Below, one piece after another: positions 18,996 through 27,186 of a stretch of 64,000 nt of DNA. The position numbers and the translations under genes were made by a program. Each line of letters starts with the position of its first letter. The first letter of the stretch is position 1. The DNA lies in the NCBI GenBank assembly GCA_023701005.1, contig JAMPXW010000001.1, positions 143,843-207,842 on the forward strand, in the 5' to 3' direction. A model generated the notes under the pieces. That model searched no databases, was not told where the DNA came from, and saw nothing but the letters and a program-made list of their open reading frames with translations. The DNA comes from Burkholderiales bacterium. Lineage in GTDB: Bacteria; Patescibacteriota; Minisyncoccia; Phycocordibacterales; UBA9973.

Positions 18996-19120
18996 TACTA
19001 TTTATATATTTTGAGTTTTAAATATTTGCGGGTCACTCGGGTTCAGCACCAGGATGGTGAGACACTGTAAGGGTCGTTTGGGATAATTTTAGAGACTAAG
19101 CAGAGGGATGTGCGTCTATG

Positions 19121-19927
19121 CTAATTTATTGGTACTAAATTAAAAACTTCTTTTATGGTATCGAGCTTAAATAAGATACCTAGCCCAATCCACTTAATAG
19201 GTATTTTCTGTTTTTCTTTTTCCTCTGCAACAGTCTCAACTTCTGTAAAATCTAAATAAGAAAATGTTGATTCTGCAATTATTCCAAGAAGTTTATACTT
19301 ACCATTATGGCTTACAAAAACAGGACTTCCGCTTGACCCTGGAAACACTTGAGCATCAATCAATAGCTGTCTTTTTCCATTAAAGTTTATGTCTGGAATA
19401 CTAGAAATATTACCATTTCTAAAAATTGGTAGAAAATTTTTGCGATCGTAGAATCCTGTAGGATAACCTACGAAAACTATATTCTGACCACAATACAAAT
19501 CTTCATTTTTATAATCTGAGAATTCATCTAACTTTAAACTTCTCATATTTAGTGGAATTTCTGGAAAATTATAAGCCGCTGATATATCAAGACATCCAAC
19601 ATCAACTTCTTTGTCTGGATGGTCAAAATACAATTTACCATCCCTTTCTATCTCTATTTGAAACTTGTGAGTTTCTCCTAGTTTAAATGTTCCATCTTTT
19701 TCTGCCTTATGTACAGTTATTAATATTTTCTTTTTTATTCCCTCTAAATTTTTATCTTTCTTTCCAAAAAAAACATGCTTGTTTGAAAAAAGTAGCTGTT
19801 TAATTCTATTATTACCTATGTCCTTTGTTATTAAAAACCCTGTACCAAATTCTTTATCATCAATATTTTCTATCAATACTGTGTTAAAAAATACTTGCTC
19901 TTCAAATTTGTTAAATTGGACTGACAT
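19121..19927 (-). CDS. Trypsin-like (PA clan) serine protease, apparently cytoplasmic
   Basis: GTGF, SNKHV (His), DVG (Asp), VGYP, FPGSSGSPV (Ser); no signal peptide. Confidence 0.88.
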   Translation of the reverse strand: MSVQFNKFEEQVFFNTVLIENIDDKEFGTGFLITKDIGNNRIKQLLFSNKHVFFGKKDKNLEGIKKKILITVHKAEKDGTFKLGETHKFQIEIERDGKLYFDHPDKEVDVGCLDISAAYNFPEIPLNMRSLKLDEFSDYKNEDLYCGQNIVFVGYPTGFYDRKNFLPIFRNGNISSIPDINFNGKRQLLIDAQVFPGSSGSPVFVSHNGKYKLLGIIAESTFSYLDFTEVETVAEEKEKQKIPIKWIGLGILFKLDTIKEVFNLVPIN

Positions 19928-19995
19928 ACAACAAATTATAGCTTAAATATAATAAATTAAGTAGTGAGTCTACTCCGGTACTTTATTTTTAAGGG

Positions 19996-20080
19996 CGGAG
20001 GTGGTGAGATTCGAACTCACGGTCCCTTTCAGGACTTCGGTTTTCAAGACCGATGCACTAAGCCTCTATGCGACACCTCC
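19996..20080 (-). tRNA. tRNA-Ser(TGA)
   Basis: GGAGGTG/CACCTCC acceptor stem, tcggt-ctTGAaa-accga, long variable arm. Confidence 0.95.
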
Positions 20081-20113
20081 CAGTAGTTGGTTCAATTCAA
20101 TATACCTTTTATC

Positions 20114-20599
20114 TTAAAAATTTTCAATCTTTTTTGTTAACCAACTTTTTTCTAAAAGATGTTCTTCCGCATGACAATTTGGACAAATTAACTCTAGATT
20201 TTCAATTTCATTATTTTTTCGATTTCGATTTTTGTGATGTACTTCTAAAATTTGGTATTTGTCATAATTACATTTTTCACATTTTTTGCCTTTTTCTTTT
20301 AATAGTTTTATTTTTAAAGCTCTTTGAGATTTTACTTTATCATTGGGGCTGTTTATTTTATATTGTATACCTTTTCTATGGATGTTGGCACAACTTCTAC
20401 TACAAGTTTTTTTGTTTAATCCAGCTAATATTAATTTTTTGCACACAACACAAGGAGTTTCTTTTCTGTTAGATAAACCATAACAATTCATACTACAAAA
20501 AACTCTTCCACTATTTTTTTGAATTTCAATAGGTCTTCTATAAATAGGGTAGGAGCAAATGATGCAATTTGTATTTGGATTTCTTTTATACTCATCCAC
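20114..20599 (-). CDS. Zinc-finger HNH endonuclease (free-standing)
   Basis: CxxC and FCSxxC repeats, then CEKC...EVHHKNRNRKNN...NLELICPNCHAEEH. Confidence 0.88.
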   Translation of the reverse strand: MDEYKRNPNTNCIICSYPIYRRPIEIQKNSGRVFCSMNCYGLSNRKETPCVVCKKLILAGLNKKTCSRSCANIHRKGIQYKINSPNDKVKSQRALKIKLLKEKGKKCEKCNYDKYQILEVHHKNRNRKNNEIENLELICPNCHAEEHLLEKSWLTKKIENF

Positions 20600-20682
20600 T
20601 AATCCAGTATACCATAAATAAAATATATATCACAAAATTAAAATGCTCAGTTTTAGTGAGCATTTTAATTTTGAAAGTTAAG

Positions 20683-20943
20683 TTATTCTATATTTTCTGT
20701 TTTCTTTGTAGAGATGGGGCCCGTCAATACTTCTTTTACGTCACTCCATTTCTTTTTTGCTATATAGAAAACATAAAATATTTCTAATATACCGAAAGTA
20801 TTTAATATTAAAATTATTATGAACCATTTCTTTTGGTCATTTTTTACAGCCAGCCATAAAGAATAACCTTTCCAAAATAAAGTCCATATGATAATAATTG
20901 GGAAAGTCCAACTATTTATTGATGCTAATCCAAATTGTTCCAT
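20683..20943 (-). CDS. Small membrane protein (DUF5652-like; start at ATG 20943)
   Basis: WTLFWKGYSLWLA...WFIIILILNTFGILEIFY. Confidence 0.8.
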   Translation of the reverse strand: MEQFGLASINSWTFPIIIIWTLFWKGYSLWLAVKNDQKKWFIIILILNTFGILEIFYVFYIAKKKWSDVKEVLTGPISTKKTENIE

Positions 20944-20987
20944 ATATAAATTATACCAGAAGTAAAATTTTGTGCTAGTATCATAAT

Positions 20988-21431
20988 ATGAGATTTTTAG
21001 GGATAGATTATGGAACAAAAAGGATAGGTATTGCTATTTCTGACGAAAATGGAAGTTTGGCTTTTCCGAAAGAAATTATTTTCAATGATGAAAATACCTT
21101 AAGAAAGATTAAAGATATAATAAAAAAAGAGAACATAGAAGAACTTGTGATAGGAGAGTCTGTAGATTTTTCAGGAAAGTTAAACATCCTTTCGGCTAGG
21201 ATTGATATCTTTATTTCTGAACTTAAAGATAATTTTGATTTACCTATTAATAAACAAAAAGAGTTTTTAACTTCAATGGAGGCTCGCAAGGCAGGTGATA
21301 ATAAAAGGACATTGAGTCAATCTCAGGTACATAGTAAAGTTAAACAAAAAAAGAGTGGAAGAGTGGACGCTAGTGCTGCGGCATTAATTTTACAAAGATA
21401 TTTAGATAAGATTAATAATTTAAAAAAATAA
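20988..21431 (+). CDS. yqgF: YqgF/RuvX pre-16S rRNA nuclease
   Basis: LGIDYGTKRIGIAISD, EFLTS, VDASAAALILQRYLD. Confidence 0.93.
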   Translation: MRFLGIDYGTKRIGIAISDENGSLAFPKEIIFNDENTLRKIKDIIKKENIEELVIGESVDFSGKLNILSARIDIFISELKDNFDLPINKQKEFLTSMEARKAGDNKRTLSQSQVHSKVKQKKSGRVDASAAALILQRYLDKINNLKK

Positions 21432-21432
21432 A

Positions 21433-21801
21433 ATGATAAATTATGAAGATTTTAAAAAAATAGATATTGCTGTCGGTAAGATTTTATCAGCAGAAAAGAT
21501 ACCAGATACAGATAAGTTGCTTAAATTGAGTGTAGATATGGGGCCTCTGATTACAGAGGGGCCAGATGGTATGAAAGAAGAAAAGAGAGACATAAGACAG
21601 ATTGTTTCAGGCATTTCTTTATATTTTCCTGATTGTTCTTTGTTGGTGGGGAGGAAATGTATGTTTGTTGCTAATCTAGAGCCCAGAGTTATTCGTGGTT
21701 TTGAAAGTCAAGGTATGATATTGGCTGTCTCTACATCAGATAATAAGTTTTCTTTGCTTTCACCGAATGACGATATTCCCGAAGGCTCTCGTGCTAGATA
21801 A
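21433..21801 (+). CDS. Stand-alone tRNA-binding OB domain (MetRS C-terminal/Trbp111/CsaA-like)
   Basis: EDFKKIDIAVGKIL, DKLLKL, RQIVSGI, NLEPR, SQGMILA. Confidence 0.88.
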   Translation: MINYEDFKKIDIAVGKILSAEKIPDTDKLLKLSVDMGPLITEGPDGMKEEKRDIRQIVSGISLYFPDCSLLVGRKCMFVANLEPRVIRGFESQGMILAVSTSDNKFSLLSPNDDIPEGSRAR

Positions 21802-21841
21802 AATGATAGCAGTAATATGAAGTATATTGTATAATATTCTT

Positions 21842-22924
21842 ATGTTAAAGAATTTTTCTGATAGGTTTTTCCCAACACCAAAATTTCTTGCAGTACCTTC
21901 TTTCGGTTTAGATATATCTGATGAATCAATAAAATTTATAGAGCTTCTTAACAAGAGGAGTTCTGTTACTGTGCATCGATATGGAGAAAAAAAGATCCCT
22001 GCTGGTGTTATTGATTCAGGTAAAATAAAAGATAAGAAGAAAATGGAAGAGATATTGATAGCTCTTTCAAAAGAAGAGGGAATAAAATCTGTTAGAGTTT
22101 CTCTTCCAGAAGAGCAAGTTTATTTATTTAATCTTAGATTAGAAAAAGCAGGATTAGAAAATGTAAAAGAAAGCATAGAGCTTTCATTGGAAGAATACAT
22201 ACCGATTCCTGCCCCAGATGCTATTTTTGATTACGAAATCTTAAGTGAAGATGAAAAGAGTTTAAAATTACAAGTGGCGGCAATTCCTAAGAATGTCATC
22301 GAAGACTATCTTTCGGTTTTCAAAAATTCATCAATTTCAGTAAAGTCTTTTGAACTAGAAGCGCAAGCTATCTCTAGGGCAGTTGTAAAAAAGGGGGACT
22401 CGAGTACTTATATGATTGTAGATTTTGGTAAGAAACGCACGGGAATTTTTATTGTTTCAAATGGAATTGTCATTTTTACATCTACGTTGGATGTCGGAGG
22501 GACATTGCTAACTAATATGATAGAAAAGAATTTCAAAATAAGTTTTGAAGAAGCAGAAAAGAAAAAGATTGAATGTGGTCTAAAAAGAAATTCTAAAAAC
22601 ACGGAGATATTTTCTGTTCTTTTGAATGGAGTTTCTATTTTGCGTGATGAAATAGTAAAACATTTTTTATATTGGCATACTCACAAAGACGAAGAAGGCA
22701 GAGATAGGCCACCTATTGAGAAAGTTATTTTATGTGGAGGAGATTCAAATTTGGTAGGTCTTTCTGATTATTTATCTGTGAGTATGAAGACAAAAGCAGA
22801 GATGGGTAATGTTTGGATAAATATTACAAATACAGGTGAAGACATACCAGAGATAAGTTTTGATGAGTCTTTAACCTTTGCGACGGCTGTAGGTTTAGCA
22901 TTAGGAGATTTTGAATATGATTAA
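21842..22924 (+). CDS. pilM: Type IV pilus assembly protein PilM
   Basis: FGLDISDESIKF, IVDFGKKRT, ILCGG actin-like motifs; followed by PilN/PilO. Confidence 0.88.
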   Translation: MLKNFSDRFFPTPKFLAVPSFGLDISDESIKFIELLNKRSSVTVHRYGEKKIPAGVIDSGKIKDKKKMEEILIALSKEEGIKSVRVSLPEEQVYLFNLRLEKAGLENVKESIELSLEEYIPIPAPDAIFDYEILSEDEKSLKLQVAAIPKNVIEDYLSVFKNSSISVKSFELEAQAISRAVVKKGDSSTYMIVDFGKKRTGIFIVSNGIVIFTSTLDVGGTLLTNMIEKNFKISFEEAEKKKIECGLKRNSKNTEIFSVLLNGVSILRDEIVKHFLYWHTHKDEEGRDRPPIEKVILCGGDSNLVGLSDYLSVSMKTKAEMGNVWINITNTGEDIPEISFDESLTFATAVGLALGDFEYD

Positions 22925-23459
22925 TTTAATCCCAAACAAAGAAAAAAGAGAAATGTCTAAAGAGTTTTATTTTAGACTAATTGCACTTACATTTTTAATG
23001 TTAGGTATTTCTTTGCTAGTTTTTTCTATTCTTATTTTACCTTCTTATCTACTTGCTTCATCTAGTAGGGTTTCTTTTTTAAATAAATTAGAGGAACAAA
23101 AGAAAGAAATTATTCCTTTACCTGACCAAAATACAATTTTAGTTATTAAAAATTTAAAAAATAAAATAAATTTGATTGAAACTACTGAAAAAAATAAAAA
23201 AATTTTTTCACAAAGAATATTAAATGAGATAATTCTAAAAAAGATACCGAATATTAAAATTACAGAAATTATTTATAAAAATGATATGAAAGAAGGAGAG
23301 AAGATAAGTATTTCAGGAAGAGCTTCTAGTCGTGAGGTGTTGTTGTCTTTTAGGAGAACACTGGAGGATAATCCTGCTTTTTCAAAGGTAGATTTGCCGA
23401 TCTCTAATTTTATAAAGGGTTCTAATATAAGATTTTATTTAACCTTGATACCATCATAA
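22917..23459 (+). CDS. pilN: Type IV pilus assembly protein PilN-like
   Basis: MINLIP PilM-binding motif, TM, ferredoxin-like ISISGRA...FSKVDLP. Confidence 0.8.
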   Translation: MINLIPNKEKREMSKEFYFRLIALTFLMLGISLLVFSILILPSYLLASSSRVSFLNKLEEQKKEIIPLPDQNTILVIKNLKNKINLIETTEKNKKIFSQRILNEIILKKIPNIKITEIIYKNDMKEGEKISISGRASSREVLLSFRRTLEDNPAFSKVDLPISNFIKGSNIRFYLTLIPS

Positions 23460-23465
23460 AATTAT

Positions 23466-23990
23466 ATGCAATTTATAAATCAAAAAAAATACTTAATATT
23501 GTCCATCGTATTCTTTTTGTTTTTTTGTGCTACATCTGTATTTTTGTATCAAAAAACGAAGGACTATAACAAAGAAGCTCTTGCCTTGCAGGAAGAATGG
23601 CAGACAGAGAATATTCGTAGAGAAAATGTTAAATATCTTTCTAGTTCTGTAAAAACGATACAAAGGGAGATCACTTCACTAGAAAGTCATTTTGTTAAGA
23701 GTTCTGATGTTGTACCTTTTTTAGATACAATTGAGAAGTTGGCAAATGAGGTAAATTTAAAATCAGAGATTTCATCTGTTGATGTAAATAAGATGAGTCC
23801 CGCCCTCATGATTGAAATGAGGGTGCAGGGTAGTTTTGAAAATATTTATAAATTGATAAGACTTTTGGAACATTCACAATATGAACTAGAATTTGTTTCT
23901 ATTAATATACAAGAGATGGAGAATTCTACTGGGAAAGTTCCTCAATGGAATGCAGCTTTAATGATAAAGCTTTTAAGTTTTGAGATCTAA
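23466..23990 (+). CDS. pilO: Type IV pilus assembly protein PilO-like
   Basis: TM, coiled coil, VQGSFENIYKLIRLLE. Confidence 0.75.
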   Translation: MQFINQKKYLILSIVFFLFFCATSVFLYQKTKDYNKEALALQEEWQTENIRRENVKYLSSSVKTIQREITSLESHFVKSSDVVPFLDTIEKLANEVNLKSEISSVDVNKMSPALMIEMRVQGSFENIYKLIRLLEHSQYELEFVSINIQEMENSTGKVPQWNAALMIKLLSFEI

Positions 23991-23994
23991 TTTT

Positions 23995-24306
23995 ATGAAT
24001 ATAAATATAGAGTTTTTAAAAAAGAAAAAGAAATTTACAAAAGGAGACTCTAAATTGAGGCCAGATTTGTATTGGAGGTATATTCTCTTGGTGACTTTTG
24101 TCCTAATCACGCTCTCTTTTGTTTTTGGTTTTTTCCTCTTTTTAGATGTGACTAAAGATAGAGATTTTTCAACTATAAGCGTAAACGAAAGGGATACTTT
24201 AAAGAAAGAGAAAATAAATTCTGCGCTTCTTTATTTTAAAGAAAGAGAAAATAAATCAAATGAGATTCTGAATTCTCCTTCTATGGTTATTGACCCATCG
24301 TTATAA
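23995..24306 (+). CDS. Hypothetical single-TM protein ending the pilMNO operon
   Basis: ORF with one TM directly after pilO. Confidence 0.65.
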   Translation: MNINIEFLKKKKKFTKGDSKLRPDLYWRYILLVTFVLITLSFVFGFFLFLDVTKDRDFSTISVNERDTLKKEKINSALLYFKERENKSNEILNSPSMVIDPSL

Positions 24307-24407
24307 AAATGTTAATTTAGATAGGTATTTGTTTGCGTGATTAGCTAAGTTGTAGCGACTTCCGTGAAATGCACTTTTGTAAGAAAAGTAATATGTAAAT
24401 ATATTTT

Positions 24408-24480
24408 GCGCGGTTAGCTCAGTTGGTAGAGCAACCCGTTTACACCGGGAAGGTCGTAGGTTCGAGTCCTACACCGCGCA
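24408..24480 (+). tRNA. tRNA-Val(TAC)
   Basis: GCGCGGT/ACCGCGC acceptor stem, cccg-ttTACac-cggg, GTTCGAGTC. Confidence 0.95.
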
Positions 24481-24486
24481 CTAGCT

Positions 24487-24558
24487 GCCTTCGTAGTTCA
24501 ATGGATAGAACAGAGCTCTTCTAAGGCTTTGATGTAGGTTCGATTCCTACCGAAGGCA
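24487..24558 (+). tRNA. tRNA-Arg(TCT)
   Basis: GCCTTCG/CGAAGGC acceptor stem, gagct-ctTCTaa-ggctt. Confidence 0.95.
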
Positions 24559-24566
24559 CAAATAAA

Positions 24567-25451
24567 ATGACGTCAAAAATAAAGATTTTATATGAAGATA
24601 AAGATGTATTGGTTATAGATAAGCCATCAGGTATTTCTGTCCATCCAGATGGAAAGACAAAAGAAAAAACTATTTCTGATTGGTTTTTTAAAAAATATCC
24701 AAAATCAAAAAATGTTGGAGAGCCTATAAAAATATCAAAGACTTCGGAAGAAGTTCAAAATTTTTCCTCCTGCGCCCTTCCTCGAGTACGAGTTGGGGCC
24801 CTCGGAGATAAAAATTTTGAATTTCTTCCTCGTCCAGGTATTGTGCATAGATTAGATAAAGAAACTTCCGGGGTTTTAATTTTGGTAAAAAATCAGACAG
24901 CTTATGAATTTTTAAAAAACCAATTTAAAAATAGAGAAATAAAGAAAGTTTACAACACTGTCGTTTTGGGATCTGTAAAGAATGATCGTGGGGTGATTAG
25001 AAAACCAATTGGCAGAAGTGGTAATGATTTTCGTAAAAGATTAGCAGGGCGTGGGGCAAGAGGGGAGCTCAGAGAGGCTGTCACAGAATATACTGTCGTG
25101 AAGAGATTTCAGGATGAATGTGCACAAAATTTTTCCTCTTGCGCCCTTCTTCGGGCGCAAAAAGGGAAACAAAGTGGGACCCTCAGAGATAAAAATTTTG
25201 TGCACACTCATCCTTACACTTATTTAGAAGTACGTCCCAAGACAGGACGCACTCATCAGATCCGTGTTCATATGAAATTTATAAATCATTCTGTAGTTAA
25301 TGATTCACTTTATAATCCCAATCAGCCACACCCAAAAGGTTTTATTAGGTTAGCTCTACATGCAAAATCTATAGAATTTAAGGATCTAAAGGGTAATCTG
25401 CATAAGATAGAATCTGCTTTGCCAAAAGAGTTTCAAAAAGTGTTAAAATAA
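24567..25451 (+). CDS. RluA/RluD-family pseudouridine synthase with two palindromic in-frame insertions
   Basis: DKPSGISVHP, GIVHRLDKETSG, TGRTHQIRVH, LHA motifs. Confidence 0.93.
   Translation: MTSKIKILYEDKDVLVIDKPSGISVHPDGKTKEKTISDWFFKKYPKSKNVGEPIKISKTSEEVQNFSSCALPRVRVGALGDKNFEFLPRPGIVHRLDKETSGVLILVKNQTAYEFLKNQFKNREIKKVYNTVVLGSVKNDRGVIRKPIGRSGNDFRKRLAGRGARGELREAVTEYTVVKRFQDECAQNFSSCALLRAQKGKQSGTLRDKNFVHTHPYTYLEVRPKTGRTHQIRVHMKFINHSVVNDSLYNPNQPHPKGFIRLALHAKSIEFKDLKGNLHKIESALPKEFQKVLK
24746..24829. repeat. Palindromic element family A, 84-bp in-frame copy
   Basis: 20-nt arms ggaagaagttcaaaattttt / aaaaattttgaatttcttcc; core tgcgcccttc-ctcg-agta-cgag-ttggggccctc. Confidence 0.88.
25111..25214. 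repeat. Palindromic element family A, second in-frame copy in rluA
   Basis: 24-nt arms (23 pair) 25111-25134/25191-25214; core tgcgcccttc...gtgggaccctc. Confidence 0.88.
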
Positions 25452-25455
25452 TATT

Positions 25456-27132
25456 ATGAATTCTGAAATTAAGAATTGCCAGAATTGTAAGAAAGACTTC
25501 ACGATAGAGTCTGAAGATTTTAAGTTTTATGAAAAAATTGGAGTTTTGCCTCCTAAGATATGCCCAGAATGCAGGGCGAGACTTCGCCTTTCTTTTAGAA
25601 ATGAAAGATGTTTTTACAAACACGAGTGTGGTAATTGTAAAAAAGATACAATTTCAATTTTTAGTTTTAATAAAATTTATCCAAGCTGGTGTTCAGAATG
25701 TTGGTGGAGTGATGCCTTAGATAGTAAAAAATATGGAATAGATTATAATTTTGATGAAAATTTTTTTAAACAACTTGAAAAGGTTTGGGAAAAAGTTCCA
25801 AGAGAAGCTTTAGTTGGTGCCAGAAATGTAGGGTGTAATTATTTAAATTTTGCTGCAGATAACAAAAATTGTTATATGATAATTGAATCATCTAATAATG
25901 AAAATTGTTTGAATTGTTATTGGATTCAGTTGTCAAAAGAATTAGTTGATTGTTCCTTTACACAAAAAGTTGAACTTTCTTATGAAATAGATGATTGTTA
26001 TGATTGCCATTCAATGAAATGGTCAAAAGGTTGTCATAATTGCTTAGATAGTGCATTCCTTCTTGATTGTCGTGGTTGCACAAACTGTTTTGGTTGCATA
26101 AATCTACGTAATGCTTCTTATCAAATTTTTAATGTTCAATATTCTAAAGAAGAATATGAAGAAAAATTAAAATCTTTCAGATTAGATACTTATTCTGGGG
26201 TAGAATCTTTTAAAAAGGAATTTCAAAATTTTATAAAAAATAAACCACGTAAATTTGCAGAAATTTCGAATGTAAAAAATTCAACGGGTAATTATATGAC
26301 AAATGTCAAAAATAATCGTTCGTGTTTTCATTCTTATGAAGCTGAAGATAATGCTTACTCTGTTCATGTTTGGCGCGGAGCAAAAGATTGTGTAGATTGT
26401 AGTACTGCAGGACGTACCGCTGAATTAATTTATAATTCTCTTAACATGGGTATGGGTGTTTCGAATGTTGTTTCTAGTTTCGAATGTTGGAGTTCTCAAT
26501 TCATGGAGTATTGTGTCGGATGCCCTAATTCGAATAATTGTTTTGGTTGTGTTGGTCTAATAAAAAGTTCTTATTGTATTTTGAATAAACAATATACAAA
26601 AGATGAGTATAGAAAATTACGTTCAAAAATTATTTTAAAAATGAGAGAAGAGGGAATTTATGGAGATTTTTTCCCAAGTAGTATGTCAATGTTTGGCTAT
26701 AATGAATCTTCGGCTTTTGAAGAATATCCACTTAACAAAGAAGAAGCTTTGGCTCAAGGATTTAAATGGGAAGATACAGAACGGGGGACATATGGTAAAG
26801 AGACTATAGATTGGAGCAATTTCCCTGATTCCATAAAAGATATAGCTGAAGATTTTGATGTTAATAAAGAAATTTTTGTTTGCTTGGAATGCAAAAAGAA
26901 TTATCGAGTTATAAATAATGAGATTTCTTTTTATAAAAGAATGAGTATTCCAATACCAAGGATTTGTCCGGAATGTAGACATATAAAAAGATTCAAGAAT
27001 CGTGGTCCAAACAAGCTTTGGCATAGAAAATGTATGAAAGAAGGATGTAACAATGAATTTGAAACAAGTTATTCTCCAGATAGACCAGAGATAGTGTATT
27101 GTGAAAAATGCTATCAGCAAGAAGTATATTAA
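25456..27132 (+). CDS. Cys-rich multi-zinc-ribbon hypothetical protein, paralog 1
   Basis: CQNC, CPECR, CxxC pairs at both ends; internal CxxCxxC/CFGC repeats. Confidence 0.8.
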   Translation: MNSEIKNCQNCKKDFTIESEDFKFYEKIGVLPPKICPECRARLRLSFRNERCFYKHECGNCKKDTISIFSFNKIYPSWCSECWWSDALDSKKYGIDYNFDENFFKQLEKVWEKVPREALVGARNVGCNYLNFAADNKNCYMIIESSNNENCLNCYWIQLSKELVDCSFTQKVELSYEIDDCYDCHSMKWSKGCHNCLDSAFLLDCRGCTNCFGCINLRNASYQIFNVQYSKEEYEEKLKSFRLDTYSGVESFKKEFQNFIKNKPRKFAEISNVKNSTGNYMTNVKNNRSCFHSYEAEDNAYSVHVWRGAKDCVDCSTAGRTAELIYNSLNMGMGVSNVVSSFECWSSQFMEYCVGCPNSNNCFGCVGLIKSSYCILNKQYTKDEYRKLRSKIILKMREEGIYGDFFPSSMSMFGYNESSAFEEYPLNKEEALAQGFKWEDTERGTYGKETIDWSNFPDSIKDIAEDFDVNKEIFVCLECKKNYRVINNEISFYKRMSIPIPRICPECRHIKRFKNRGPNKLWHRKCMKEGCNNEFETSYSPDRPEIVYCEKCYQQEVY

Positions 27133-27139
27133 AAATATA

Positions 27140-27175
27140 CTCAACACTTTTAAACGATCGTCCAAAAGTGTTGAG
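27140..27175. repeat. Intergenic inverted repeat between the Cys-rich paralogs
   Basis: ctcaacactttt / aaaagtgttgag, 12-bp perfect stem, no U tract on + strand. Confidence 0.6.
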
Positions 27176-27186
27176 AAAGATAAAAA

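Noticed and set aside
17083-20612. Prophage or integrative element around tRNA-Arg/tRNA-Ser
   Set aside because: No integrase or phage structural genes and no convincing att duplication; only a weak 11-12 nt resemblance
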